From Actinomycetota bacterium (lineage in GTDB: Bacteria; Actinomycetota; Actinomycetes; S36-B12), in the NCBI GenBank assembly GCA_030650795.1, contig JAUSDJ010000017.1, positions 388,077-452,076 of the forward strand: a stretch of DNA of 64,000 bases, given 5' to 3'. Below, piece after piece: positions 42,203-52,193 of this stretch. The notes beneath the pieces are model-generated. The model was not told the DNA's origin. It searched no databases and saw only the letters and a list, made by a program, of their open reading frames with translations. Every line of letters starts with the position of its first letter. Within the stretch, counting starts at the first letter, position 1. Made by a program: the position numbers and the translations under genes.

Positions 42203-44764
42203 ATGGCGAACAACGAGAACCTCACCCGTGCAGAAGCAGCCGACAGAGCTGTCCTGCTGAGCAGTCAGCGCTACGTCGTTGACCTGGATCTTTCAGGAGC
42301 CCAAGCGACCTTCCCAGTTGTCACGACCGTCACCTTTGGCTGCGCCACCCCGGGTACATCTACCTGGCTCGACCACATTGCCGATGTTCTGTCAGTCGAA
42401 TTGAACGGCGAACAACTTGATGTGACAAAGGTCGTCAATGGCGCGCGCATCGAATTGCCCAAGCTGCTTGCTGAGAACAGCGCCACAATCACTGCGAATG
42501 CCACATATATGAATACCGGCGAAGGACTGCATCGCTTTGTGGATCCCGTAGACAACGAGACCTACCTGTACACCCAGTTCGAATCCGCAGATGCCCGGCG
42601 CATGTATGCCTGCTTCGAGCAGCCCGACCTCAAGGCCGAATTTGAATTGCGCGTCACTGCGCCATCGCATTGGCAGGTCGTGTCCAACAATCCGACCCCA
42701 ACTTCAACAGTCGTTCGCGATGGCGTTGCCCGCTGGGAGTTCGAGCCGACACCGGTCATGTCCACGTACATCACCGCGCTTGTCGCAGGGCCCTACCACC
42801 GCGTTGACGATGTGTACGAAGGTGCGCATGGCACCTACCCACTCGGCGTCTACTGCCGCAATTCTCTCGCGCAGTACCTGGACGTCGATGACATCCTGCT
42901 GATCACCAAACAGGGTTTCGCATTCTTCGAAGAGCAGTTCAAGGTTCCGTATCCCTTCGCGAAGTACGACCAACTCTTCGTCCCTGAGTTCAATGCCGGT
43001 GCAATGGAGAACGCTGGATGTGTCACCTTCTTGGAAGATCTCATCTTTCGTTCGCGCGTGACTGATGCTTCATACGAACAGCGCGCCAACACCATCCTTC
43101 ACGAGATGGCACACATGTGGTTCGGCGATCTTGTAACAATGACGTGGTGGGATGACCTCTGGCTCAATGAGTCCTTCGCCGAATGGGCTGCTCATTACGC
43201 GAACGTCAATGCCACCCGATACAGCGACGCTTGGACCACCTTCGCCAATCAGCGCAAGGCTTGGGCGTACCGCCAAGATCAACTTCCATCCACACACCCG
43301 ATCGCCGCAGACATGGTCGATCTGAATTCAGTGCGCGTGAACTTTGATGGCATCACCTACGCCAAGGGTGCTTCCGCGCTGCGCCAACTCGTTGCCTGGG
43401 TTGGCGAGAAGGAGTTCCTCGACGGTCTCCACCAATACTTCGTCAAGCATGCATGGAAGAACACTCAACTTCCTGATCTGTTGGTCGAGTTGGAAGCAAC
43501 TTCAGGACGCGACCTGTCCTCGTGGACTGACGAATGGCTGCGCACCAGTGGCGTGAACTTGCTACGACCCTTGGTAGCCGTTGATGCTGACGGCAAGTAC
43601 ACATCGGTCGTCGTCGAACAAGAACCGCCAAGCTCGCCTGCCGGGATCACGCCGATTCTGCGCTCACACCGACTCGGCATCGGGCTATATGACTTGACCG
43701 TCGGTCGCCTCGTTTTGCGCAAGCGACTCGAGGTCGACATCAGCGGAGCGAAGGCCGAAATCGCTGAATTGATTGGCGAGAAGCAGCCAGACTTGCTGCT
43801 GCTCAATGACGGTGACCTCACTTTCGCAAAGATTCGCCTGGATGAGCGTTCATGGGCAACAGCCGTTAATCATCTAGGCGACATGGACGATTCACTCGGA
43901 CGCGCCGTCATCTGGGGAGCGGCTTGGGACATGACTCGCGATGCCGAAGTCTCAACTGGCGACTACCTTGCGCTTGTGCTCAGTGGAACTGCACGAGAGA
44001 CAGACATCGGAGTTGTGCAGGGAGTCCTCCGCCAACTCAAGAGTGCAATCGATCAGTACGCATCCGTACAGAATCGCGATGCATACAACGACCGACTCGC
44101 GTCGGCCATGTTGGAACTGGCGCAGTCTGCCGAGGCCGGGAGCGACCATCAACTCGCATACACGCGGGCATTTGTGGGCGCAGCGCGAACGGATGCAGAT
44201 CTTGCAGTGGTTGCTGCGCTTCTCGATGGCTCAACTTCATGGGTCGGGCTCGAAGTCGACACCGATCTGCGCTGGTTCCTGCTTCACCGCCTCGTCATCA
44301 CCGGCAAGCTGAGCGAAGCAGCCATTGCTGCCGAATTGGCAACAGATGACACGGCAACAGGCCGTCGTCACGCCGCACTGGCCCGCGCTGCACGACCGGA
44401 ACGCGCAGCCAAGGAAACCGCCTGGTCTGACTTGTTTGAGCGCACAGATCTTCCGAACGCAATTGTCGGTGCGACTCTGGCTGGCTTCGTGCAGCCGGAT
44501 CAGCGAGAACTGCTTGCCGACTTCCGTCAGCGCTATTTCACGGAGATCGCACGCATCTGGCGCGATCGCACCCATGAAATTGCGCAAGAGCTCACCGTCG
44601 GCATGTACCCGTTCTTGCTTGCGGACGCCGAGACCTTGAAGCTTACCGATGATCTTCTGTCAGGTCCGGAGGCTGCAGATCTCAGTACGGCAGGTCGACG
44701 CCTGGTCAGCGAGGGGCGAGATGGCGTCGAACGCTCCATCCGCACCCAAGCTCGCGATGCCTAA
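42203..44764 (+). CDS. pepN: Aminopeptidase N (M1 family)
   Basis: GAMEN motif (NAGAMENAG) and HEMAHMWFGD...WLNESFAEW zinc motif. 853 aa. Confidence 0.95.
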   Translation: MANNENLTRAEAADRAVLLSSQRYVVDLDLSGAQATFPVVTTVTFGCATPGTSTWLDHIADVLSVELNGEQLDVTKVVNGARIELPKLLAENSATITANATYMNTGEGLHRFVDPVDNETYLYTQFESADARRMYACFEQPDLKAEFELRVTAPSHWQVVSNNPTPTSTVVRDGVARWEFEPTPVMSTYITALVAGPYHRVDDVYEGAHGTYPLGVYCRNSLAQYLDVDDILLITKQGFAFFEEQFKVPYPFAKYDQLFVPEFNAGAMENAGCVTFLEDLIFRSRVTDASYEQRANTILHEMAHMWFGDLVTMTWWDDLWLNESFAEWAAHYANVNATRYSDAWTTFANQRKAWAYRQDQLPSTHPIAADMVDLNSVRVNFDGITYAKGASALRQLVAWVGEKEFLDGLHQYFVKHAWKNTQLPDLLVELEATSGRDLSSWTDEWLRTSGVNLLRPLVAVDADGKYTSVVVEQEPPSSPAGITPILRSHRLGIGLYDLTVGRLVLRKRLEVDISGAKAEIAELIGEKQPDLLLLNDGDLTFAKIRLDERSWATAVNHLGDMDDSLGRAVIWGAAWDMTRDAEVSTGDYLALVLSGTARETDIGVVQGVLRQLKSAIDQYASVQNRDAYNDRLASAMLELAQSAEAGSDHQLAYTRAFVGAARTDADLAVVAALLDGSTSWVGLEVDTDLRWFLLHRLVITGKLSEAAIAAELATDDTATGRRHAALARAARPERAAKETAWSDLFERTDLPNAIVGATLAGFVQPDQRELLADFRQRYFTEIARIWRDRTHEIAQELTVGMYPFLLADAETLKLTDDLLSGPEAADLSTAGRRLVSEGRDGVERSIRTQARDA

Positions 44765-46905
44765 GTCAGCAGGAAATTGAGGAAGTTTCTCACCGTTGGG
44801 GTTTGGGAGAAGAGATCCTCGAGCAGCACTGGAGTGCCGTTCGCATCGGTCATCGGCACCCGCCAGTTCGGATACTCCTGATCAGTGCCGGGCTGGTTCT
44901 GGGCCCTGCGGTCGCCAATGACATCAGGAAGAGCAACACCCAACAGTCGAGCAGGTGAAGCTGCAAGAGCTCGATGCAGTGCGATCGCCATCGCATCTAG
45001 CCCAGCATCGGTGCTCAAGTCAGCATCCGCCGCAAGCCAGCCTTGCTCGCGCAGATGATTGGCCCACGCTTCGCGGTTGGCGCCAGAGTCAGCACGCTCA
45101 GCTTCAAAAGATTGCGAGAGCAGTTTGAGCTCGTGCCGAATCCGCACATGCTCATCCCGCAGGAATCCAGCCGTTGGCGGGAGATCGTGCACGGTGACAG
45201 AGGCGAGCACTTCTCGGCGCCAATCAGTTGGGAGCTTGATCGCGCCGGAATCCCACTCCTCAAACCAGAGAATGCTCGTGCCAAGGATTCCGCGCTCGCG
45301 GAGCAGCTCTTGCACCCAAGGTTCCACGGTTCCGAGGTCTTCACCGATCACCAACACCTCTGCGCGATGTGCCTCCAACAAGAGAATGCCAATCATCGCC
45401 TCGTGATCCAGGGTCACGAAAGTGCCCTTGTCAGCAGCCATCCCGGCCGGAACCCACCACAAGCGGAACAGACCCAGCACGTGATCGATGCGCAAGCCTC
45501 CTGCGTGACGCATCACGGTGCGCAGCATGTCGCGGTACGGAACGTAGGCGGCTTTCGCCAAGGCTTCGGGCTGCCATGGCGGCTGATGCCAGTTTTGACC
45601 AAGCTGGTTGTACATGTCAGGTGGAGCACCCACCCCCATGCCTTGCGCCAGAACATGGCGCAAAGACCAGGCGTCAGCACCTTCGGGATGCACCCCTACG
45701 GCCAGATCGTGGATGATCCCGATTGCCATGCCGGAGGACTTGCTTGCGGCCTGGGTGAGTTGCAGTTGCTCATTGAGCATCCACTGCAGCCACATATGGA
45801 ACTGCACATCCATTGAGTACTTCGCCAGGAAGATCCTTACTGCTGGCGAACGCACATCGGCGTACTCAGCAGGCCATTGCGCTGGCTTATTACCGTAAAC
45901 ATCGCAGAGAGTTGACCACAGGGCGAAGTCGACAAGGCCTTGGCCTTCCTTCAGGCAATACTCAGCGAACTGTGCCGCGCGCTGCCTGGACAAGCCAGCC
46001 TCGAAGATGCGCTTCAAGGCATCGCGTTTGGCTGTCCACACTGCGTCGCGATCAAGAAATTCTGTTGATCTATTTGTTGCCTGAAGAGTCTCTGCGGATT
46101 GCTTGATGCGCTTGCGATCCTTGCGTCGCAGCTCGTGAACTTCAGGAATGTCTGCAATGCGCAAGTACATCGGATTGGCGAATCGGCGCGTGACTGGCAG
46201 ATAGGGCGAGGGCGCCATCGGACCCGAAGGGGCTGCGGCATGGAGTGGATTGATCAGAAGAAAGCCCGCTCCAAATTCATGTGAACTCCATGCTGCCAAT
46301 TGCCCCGCATCGTGCAGATCTCCAAGGCCCCAAGATTGAGTTGAACGAGTCGCATAGAGCTGGGTCATGAAACCCCACTGGCGATCACCTGCAATCGCTT
46401 CGGGCTCCAAGCGCGCCGGCGTCATAGCCAAAGTCGTAGTTGCCTGGAAATCACCCGAGAGCGCATGCACCGTGTAGTAGCCGATCGGCAGATCGCCAGG
46501 CACAGCAAAACTTGCCTCACCCATGAGTCCGCCATCGACTTCGAGAGGCTCGACCCAGAAGTCCATCTGTGCCAAATCAGTGCGTTCCCCAGACTCCCCC
46601 ACGACCCACGCCTGCGCAGGGGATCCGTCAGGCACGTGCATCCAGATCCGTCGTGCCTGCCCTTGAATTCCTACGACGAAGTCCGGAAGCATTCGACGCC
46701 AATTGCGCAACTGCAGCTCAACAAGCGACTTCTCGATCAACTCCGGTGTCGATACTTCGTGGCCGAGGGAGGCGATGACCGCAATCAACGTCTCTTCCTG
46801 CACGGAAATCTGATTGCCAGCCTGATCCCAATACTCAGTGGCGACCCCGCAGGCAGCGGCCAACTCGACAAGCCCTAGGAGTCGCGGGGTATGAGTCATG
46901 CGCAC
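44761..46905 (-). CDS. malQ: 4-alpha-glucanotransferase (GH77, amylomaltase), long actinobacterial form
   Basis: GH77 blocks (LRIDHVLGLFRLWW, IGEDLGTV, YPNWR). Start is GTG 46905 or ATG 46899. Confidence 0.9.
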   Translation of the reverse strand: MRMTHTPRLLGLVELAAACGVATEYWDQAGNQISVQEETLIAVIASLGHEVSTPELIEKSLVELQLRNWRRMLPDFVVGIQGQARRIWMHVPDGSPAQAWVVGESGERTDLAQMDFWVEPLEVDGGLMGEASFAVPGDLPIGYYTVHALSGDFQATTTLAMTPARLEPEAIAGDRQWGFMTQLYATRSTQSWGLGDLHDAGQLAAWSSHEFGAGFLLINPLHAAAPSGPMAPSPYLPVTRRFANPMYLRIADIPEVHELRRKDRKRIKQSAETLQATNRSTEFLDRDAVWTAKRDALKRIFEAGLSRQRAAQFAEYCLKEGQGLVDFALWSTLCDVYGNKPAQWPAEYADVRSPAVRIFLAKYSMDVQFHMWLQWMLNEQLQLTQAASKSSGMAIGIIHDLAVGVHPEGADAWSLRHVLAQGMGVGAPPDMYNQLGQNWHQPPWQPEALAKAAYVPYRDMLRTVMRHAGGLRIDHVLGLFRLWWVPAGMAADKGTFVTLDHEAMIGILLLEAHRAEVLVIGEDLGTVEPWVQELLRERGILGTSILWFEEWDSGAIKLPTDWRREVLASVTVHDLPPTAGFLRDEHVRIRHELKLLSQSFEAERADSGANREAWANHLREQGWLAADADLSTDAGLDAMAIALHRALAASPARLLGVALPDVIGDRRAQNQPGTDQEYPNWRVPMTDANGTPVLLEDLFSQTPTVRNFLNFLLT

Positions 46906-46906
46906 C

Positions 46907-48319
46907 TCACCAAATAGCCGGTCGTCGAGTCGTCCATGGTTGAGCAGATTCGAGTTGTGCAGCCAGCGAGATCAAGGTGTATTCGTCGTAGATGCGGCCA
47001 ACGAGCTGCACGCCAACCGGCAAACCTGCCGCCGTCCAATGCAGAGGCAGGTTGATGGCTGGTTGCCCTGTCAGGTTGAACGGTGCGGTGAATGGTGTGA
47101 ACTGGCTCTGCGCCGCGAAATCGGCAGCAGGATCAGAGTCATTGCGCATCGAGCCAATCTCGGGCGGCAGTTGGGCAAGACCTGGCGTCAAGATCACGTC
47201 GTAGGCGCTCGTCCGCTGCATCGCTTTGCGCGCCAATGTTCGAAGCGCTGAGATCGCTACCGTGAGCTCCGGGCCGGTGACTTGATTTCCCTCCGCCCGA
47301 AGCCATCGGGTCAGCGGCGTGACTTCTTCCTCCTGAGCCGCATCGAGAGGGATTGCGGCGGCAAGGCAACTCCAGACCATCGCGAAGCATGCGAAGAGTT
47401 CCGCTCCGAACGGCATCTCAATTTCCTCGACTTCATGGCCAAGTTCAGCAAGTAGGACGCTTGCGGATTCATATGCATTCAAGCAGTCGGTGCCAACAGT
47501 TGTCGGTACGAGGATTGGGGTGGCAAACCGGGCGACGCGCAAGCTTCTCGGTTGATGCTTACTGGCCAGCAGAAACGAATCGCCGGCTGCCAAGGCTGGC
47601 GCGGGCGAGCGATCACCAGCGAACGATCCACAAAGAGCGTCCAACACAGCTGCCGCATCAGCAACTGTGCGAGCAAGCGGACCGTGGACACCAAGTTCGC
47701 CCAGGCTCTCGCCTGATGGCCCCACTGAAACTCGCCCGCGGCTGGGCTTGATGCCAACGAGGCCACAGCAACTTGCCGGGATTCGAATTGAGCCACCACC
47801 ATCGGAACCAACGGCAGCTGCCGCCAAGCCGGACGCAACTGCCGCAGCAGCTCCGCCACTCGAACCCCCAGCCGATCGCTGCAAATCCCACGGAGTTCTC
47901 GCGGGAGGGCTGACCTCTGATTCGGTGTAGGCAGGCAGCCCAAATTCCGAAGTATTCGTCTTGCCAGTAAAGACGAAGCCGGCTTCTCGCATGCGTATCA
48001 CTGGGTAGTCATCAGCATCAGGAACAAAGTCAATAGCTCGGGATCCCAAACGACAGCGCACGCCGGCCCACGAATGCAAATCCTTGGGTGGGATTACGAC
48101 TCCGTGCAAAGGTGAGAAGTCCACTCCACCGACTTCAGCGTCGGCACGGACAGCGTGTTTGCGCGCCAATTCGGGAGTGCGAATTGCAAAGGCCCCTACC
48201 GTCGCATCGAGTTGCTCGGCTCTAGCGAGATAGTGCTCAGTCAACTCAAGCGAAGACACCTCGCGGCGTGCGATCGCCTGCCCCTGCTCCAGAGCTGTGA
48301 GGTCATGCAACTGCGCCAC
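46907..48319 (-). CDS. Amidase (amidase-signature family)
   Basis: AS signature GGSSGGAAAAVASGL...GSDGGGSIRIPA. Confidence 0.85.
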   Translation of the reverse strand: MAQLHDLTALEQGQAIARREVSSLELTEHYLARAEQLDATVGAFAIRTPELARKHAVRADAEVGGVDFSPLHGVVIPPKDLHSWAGVRCRLGSRAIDFVPDADDYPVIRMREAGFVFTGKTNTSEFGLPAYTESEVSPPARTPWDLQRSAGGSSGGAAAAVASGLAAAAVGSDGGGSIRIPASCCGLVGIKPSRGRVSVGPSGESLGELGVHGPLARTVADAAAVLDALCGSFAGDRSPAPALAAGDSFLLASKHQPRSLRVARFATPILVPTTVGTDCLNAYESASVLLAELGHEVEEIEMPFGAELFACFAMVWSCLAAAIPLDAAQEEEVTPLTRWLRAEGNQVTGPELTVAISALRTLARKAMQRTSAYDVILTPGLAQLPPEIGSMRNDSDPAADFAAQSQFTPFTAPFNLTGQPAINLPLHWTAAGLPVGVQLVGRIYDEYTLISLAAQLESAQPWTTRRPAIW

Positions 48320-48341
48320 AGGAGCACCCTATGGTGGTTCC

Positions 48342-50408
48342 GTGACCAAGCCGACCTATCCGATTGCCCCACGCTCCGACGTAGCGGACACCTACCACGG
48401 CACAGTCGTTCCTGATCCATATCGCTGGCTTGAAGACCCGCAAGATCCCTCAACGCTGGCTTGGCTGGAAGCACAGGCGCTGCTCATGCATGAGGAGCGC
48501 GAAGGCTGGCAGATGCGCGACAAGTTCGCTGAGCGCATGGAAGCACTACTTGGTGCAGGCACCATCTCGCCTCCGTACTACCGAGGCAATCGCACCTTCT
48601 TTCTGCGCCGATTGCCCGGCGAGCAATTTGCCTCGCTGCTGGTGACCGAGAACGACGTCGAGCGCACTCTTATTGATCCCATGGCGCTTGATCCCAATGG
48701 CTTGACCACCCTCGACAACTGGCAGCCCACAAAAGAGGGCGATCGCATCGCGTATCAAATCTCTGAAGGCGGAACAGAAGAATCAGTTCTGTACGTGATG
48801 GATGTTGTAACTGGCGAGATACTCGACGGACCACTTGATCGCTGCCGGTTCTCACCCATCGCCTGGCTTGTCGGCGGCGAGGCCTTCTACTACGTACGAC
48901 GCATCGCACCTGAACTCCTGCCACAGTCTGAGCAGAACTTCCATCGTCGGGTCTATCTGCATCGCGTTGGTTCCAAAGAAGATGTGCTCGTATTCGGTGC
49001 CGGCATGAACAAGACCAACTACTACGGAGTGCATGTCAGTCGCGATGGTCGTTGGCTTGAGATCACGGCTTCCGAAGGAACCGAGCCGCGCAATGACCTG
49101 TGGGTTGCTGACCTCAGCGAGTGCTCGCCTGAACAACCTGCATTCACTCTTGTTCAAGGAGATGTTGATGCGCAGTCGTCAATTTCATTTGGACGTGATG
49201 GCCGCGTGTACGTAAGCACCGACCTCGATGCGCCGCGAGCCCGCCTTGCACTCGTTGATCCGCAGGACTGGACGACCTGGGCTGATTTGATCCCAGAGGA
49301 TCCGGATGCAGTGTTTGATTCATTCGCCCTGCTCGATGGAGACGAGCTTGAATTCCCAATGCTGCTGATCGCCAAGACCAGACATGGCGTTGGCGAACTC
49401 ACGCTGCATCGAGCCGACGATGGAGCCTTCATCGAGCAAGTGACGCTGCCTGGTGCTGGCACGACAAGCGGACCGATCGAACATATTGACGGTGGCCCAG
49501 TCATCTGGTTTGTCTACACCGATCAAGTCACCGTGCCACACGTGTATCAATTCGATGGGCGCACCCGCGAAGTCACGCTCTTTGCTTCTCCCCCTGGTGC
49601 AGTCGAAGTCCCCACTGTGCACTCGTCGCTCGTCACTTATCAATCACCTGACGGCGCCACCGTGCGTATGTTCATCATCGCGCCGACACAAAGCCCCGAC
49701 AAACCGCGACCAACAGTGCTGTACGGCTATGGCGGTTTCGGCATTCCCATGACTCCTGGCTACTCCGCCGCAACCCTCGCCTGGGTCGAAGCCGGAGGGG
49801 TGTGGGCAGTTGCCTGCTTGCGCGGAGGCAGCGAAGAGGGCGAGGAATGGCATCGCGATGGCATGCTCGATCGCAAGCAGAATGTGTACGACGATTTCCA
49901 CGCAGCGGCTCGCTACCTCGCATCCGAAGGCTGGACCACGCCTGAGCAACTTGCTGTCTATGGCGGTTCAAACGGTGGGCTACTTGTGGGCGCAGCGATC
50001 ACTCAAGAGCCAACTCTGTTCACTGCCGTGGTGTGCGTGGCTCCGTTGCTCGACATGATTCGCTACGTCGAATCTGAACTCGGTCCAACTTGGACTGTCG
50101 AATATGGCGATCCGGACGATCCTGAGCAGTTCAAGTGGCTGCACAGCTATTCGCCGTATCACCATGTCAAAGATGGCACCGACTATCCGGCAGCCATGAT
50201 TGCGGTGTTCGACAACGACACGCGGACTGATCCCATGCATGGTCGCAAGATGGCTGCCGCCTTGCAAGCGGCTACTTCCGGTGACCGTCCGATCTTGCTG
50301 CGCGCTGAAGGCGATGTCGGTCACGGAGCTCGCTCGATGAGCAAGTCGGTGCAGGAATCCGCGGAGACCTTGGCCTTCATGGCGAGGTGGACAGGCATGC
50401 AGGGCTGA
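48342..50408 (+). CDS. Prolyl oligopeptidase family serine peptidase (S9A)
   Basis: DPYRWLEDP N-terminal hallmark, beta-propeller region, catalytic GGSNGGLLVGA. GTG at 48342 is preferred. GTG at 48297 would overlap the divergent amidase start. Confidence 0.85.
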   Translation: MTKPTYPIAPRSDVADTYHGTVVPDPYRWLEDPQDPSTLAWLEAQALLMHEEREGWQMRDKFAERMEALLGAGTISPPYYRGNRTFFLRRLPGEQFASLLVTENDVERTLIDPMALDPNGLTTLDNWQPTKEGDRIAYQISEGGTEESVLYVMDVVTGEILDGPLDRCRFSPIAWLVGGEAFYYVRRIAPELLPQSEQNFHRRVYLHRVGSKEDVLVFGAGMNKTNYYGVHVSRDGRWLEITASEGTEPRNDLWVADLSECSPEQPAFTLVQGDVDAQSSISFGRDGRVYVSTDLDAPRARLALVDPQDWTTWADLIPEDPDAVFDSFALLDGDELEFPMLLIAKTRHGVGELTLHRADDGAFIEQVTLPGAGTTSGPIEHIDGGPVIWFVYTDQVTVPHVYQFDGRTREVTLFASPPGAVEVPTVHSSLVTYQSPDGATVRMFIIAPTQSPDKPRPTVLYGYGGFGIPMTPGYSAATLAWVEAGGVWAVACLRGGSEEGEEWHRDGMLDRKQNVYDDFHAAARYLASEGWTTPEQLAVYGGSNGGLLVGAAITQEPTLFTAVVCVAPLLDMIRYVESELGPTWTVEYGDPDDPEQFKWLHSYSPYHHVKDGTDYPAAMIAVFDNDTRTDPMHGRKMAAALQAATSGDRPILLRAEGDVGHGARSMSKSVQESAETLAFMARWTGMQG

Positions 50409-50410
50409 TC

Positions 50411-51367
50411 ATGGATTCCTTCTCGCTGAACGCCGCCCAGCAGTCCACTTGGGAGACCGTGTGGAACACCATCGCCAATTGGCATTGGGACATCCCGTTG
50501 AAGCTGCTCATCATCGTCGTGAGCGCGGTCATTGCTCAGCTGGTGATCACGCGGGCGATCCGCAAGGTCGTGAACAGCATGGTGTCGAGGTCTCGCGCTC
50601 CTCGACCAAGCGACTTGAGATCCCTGGACAGCACTTCCGAGCTGACGAACATCGTCATGACCCAGCGCACAGAACAGCGTTCGCAGGCCATGGGTGCCTT
50701 GCTTCGCAGCATTGCGATCATTTCAATCTGGACCATCGCATTCATGACCATGCTGACAACGGTCGGCATCAACATCGGTCCGCTGCTGGCAAGTGCGGGC
50801 GTGCTCGGTGTCATTCTCGGGTTCGGCGCTCAACAACTCGTTGCCGACTACCTCGCCGGTATCTCAATGATCTTCGAGGATCAACTCGGAGTTGGCGATG
50901 TCGTCAACGTCGGCACGGTGACGGGCACTGTTGAGGATGTCGCACTGCGATGCACGCGCATTCGCGACTTCGATGGAACGGTTTGGTATATCCGAAATGG
51001 CCAGATGACCTTCGTCGCCAATCAGTCCAAGGGGTGGACGATTGCTCGCATCGACTTTCCGCTGTCCTACGACGCTGATCTCGAACAGGTCCGTGCCGTG
51101 ATCGATAAGGAAGGCCAGCGGATGAGCAAGGATTCCCAGTACGACCGAATCCTGCTCGATGCGCCCACCTATGCAGGAGTTGAGATTGTTCGCGGGGATG
51201 CAGTGGTCATCCGCATCATCGCCAAAACTGCGCCTGAGCAGCAGTTCATTGCAACTCGTGTTCTTCGACAGGCAATGAAGCAAGCCCTCGATGCGGCCGG
51301 CATCAAGATGCCGGTGCAGACGGTGCGCTTCGCGCAAGATCCGCACGATGGGACAATGGGCCGGTGA
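50411..51367 (+). CDS. Mechanosensitive ion channel (MscS family)
   Basis: TM helices followed by the MscS beta-domain (GDVVNVGTVTGTVEDVALRCTRIRDFDGTVWYIRNG). ATG 2 nt after the upstream stop. Confidence 0.85.
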   Translation: MDSFSLNAAQQSTWETVWNTIANWHWDIPLKLLIIVVSAVIAQLVITRAIRKVVNSMVSRSRAPRPSDLRSLDSTSELTNIVMTQRTEQRSQAMGALLRSIAIISIWTIAFMTMLTTVGINIGPLLASAGVLGVILGFGAQQLVADYLAGISMIFEDQLGVGDVVNVGTVTGTVEDVALRCTRIRDFDGTVWYIRNGQMTFVANQSKGWTIARIDFPLSYDADLEQVRAVIDKEGQRMSKDSQYDRILLDAPTYAGVEIVRGDAVVIRIIAKTAPEQQFIATRVLRQAMKQALDAAGIKMPVQTVRFAQDPHDGTMGR

Positions 51368-51780
51368 CTTCAGAGCCAACGCCATATGAGCTATTCGGAG
51401 GAGCGGAGTTCTTTCGCAGCCTCGTCCACTCCTTCTACCTCAAGGTGGCAAGCGACGATGTCCTGAGACCGATGTACCCCGAAGGCCATCTTGGTGAAGC
51501 AGAGGATCGCCTTCGACTGTTTCTTGAGCAGTACTGGGGCGGACCAAAGACCTACGGCGAATTGCGCGGGCACCCTCGACTCCGAATGCGGCATGCAGAT
51601 TTCCAAATTGCCTCAACAGCGCGCGATCGCTGGCTTGTGCACATGCACGCTGCCCTTGAGGAGCAGGACATTCCATTCGAATTGGGCCAGGAGTTGTGGG
51701 AGTACCTCGCATCGGCGGCGTTCGCGATGCAGAACATCGACGACGATCTTCCGCCAGCTCAAGCCAACACCCCGAGCTAA
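51364..51780 (+). CDS. glbO: Group II truncated hemoglobin
   Basis: LFGGAEFFRSLVHSFY...MYP...LFLEQYWGGPKTYGELRGHPRLRMRHADF is typical of trHbO. GTGA overlap with the MscS stop. Confidence 0.85.
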   Translation: MTSEPTPYELFGGAEFFRSLVHSFYLKVASDDVLRPMYPEGHLGEAEDRLRLFLEQYWGGPKTYGELRGHPRLRMRHADFQIASTARDRWLVHMHAALEEQDIPFELGQELWEYLASAAFAMQNIDDDLPPAQANTPS

Positions 51781-51786
51781 ACAACG

Positions 51787-52191
51787 TTAGGAAGCTGGCT
51801 GCTCCAGAGCTGCTTCGAGAATCGCACGGACGTCTTCCGCAATTTCGCAAGAGGCGCCGCCCGAAGTGGCGACCATCGTGCTCTTGGCTTCGAGTGAGAC
51901 TCGACCCTGCTCGTCATAGAGCACGTAGTTGATGTCGTAGGACTTGGTGCCAATGCGCGAAACCCAGGCATCAATCGGCACAAGCTCTGAGCCATGAAGA
52001 AGTGAGACCTTGTAGTTGATCTCCATCTTGGCAACGACCTGACCAAAGGACGCAGCACGCTCCTTCATCAGCGCATTCTTGAGATTGACCCGCGCTTCCT
52101 GGATGAACTCGCTGTAGTTCACGTTGTTCACGTGTCCTTGTCCATCCAGATCGCTGATCCGTCGCTGCATCATGAGCCGTACGACTGTCAT
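51787..52191 (-). CDS. Acyl-CoA thioesterase (4HBT/hotdog fold)
   Basis: DLDGQGHVNNVNY catalytic motif. 134 aa. Confidence 0.75.
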   Translation of the reverse strand: MTVVRLMMQRRISDLDGQGHVNNVNYSEFIQEARVNLKNALMKERAASFGQVVAKMEINYKVSLLHGSELVPIDAWVSRIGTKSYDINYVLYDEQGRVSLEAKSTMVATSGGASCEIAEDVRAILEAALEQPAS

Positions 52192-52193
52192 GT

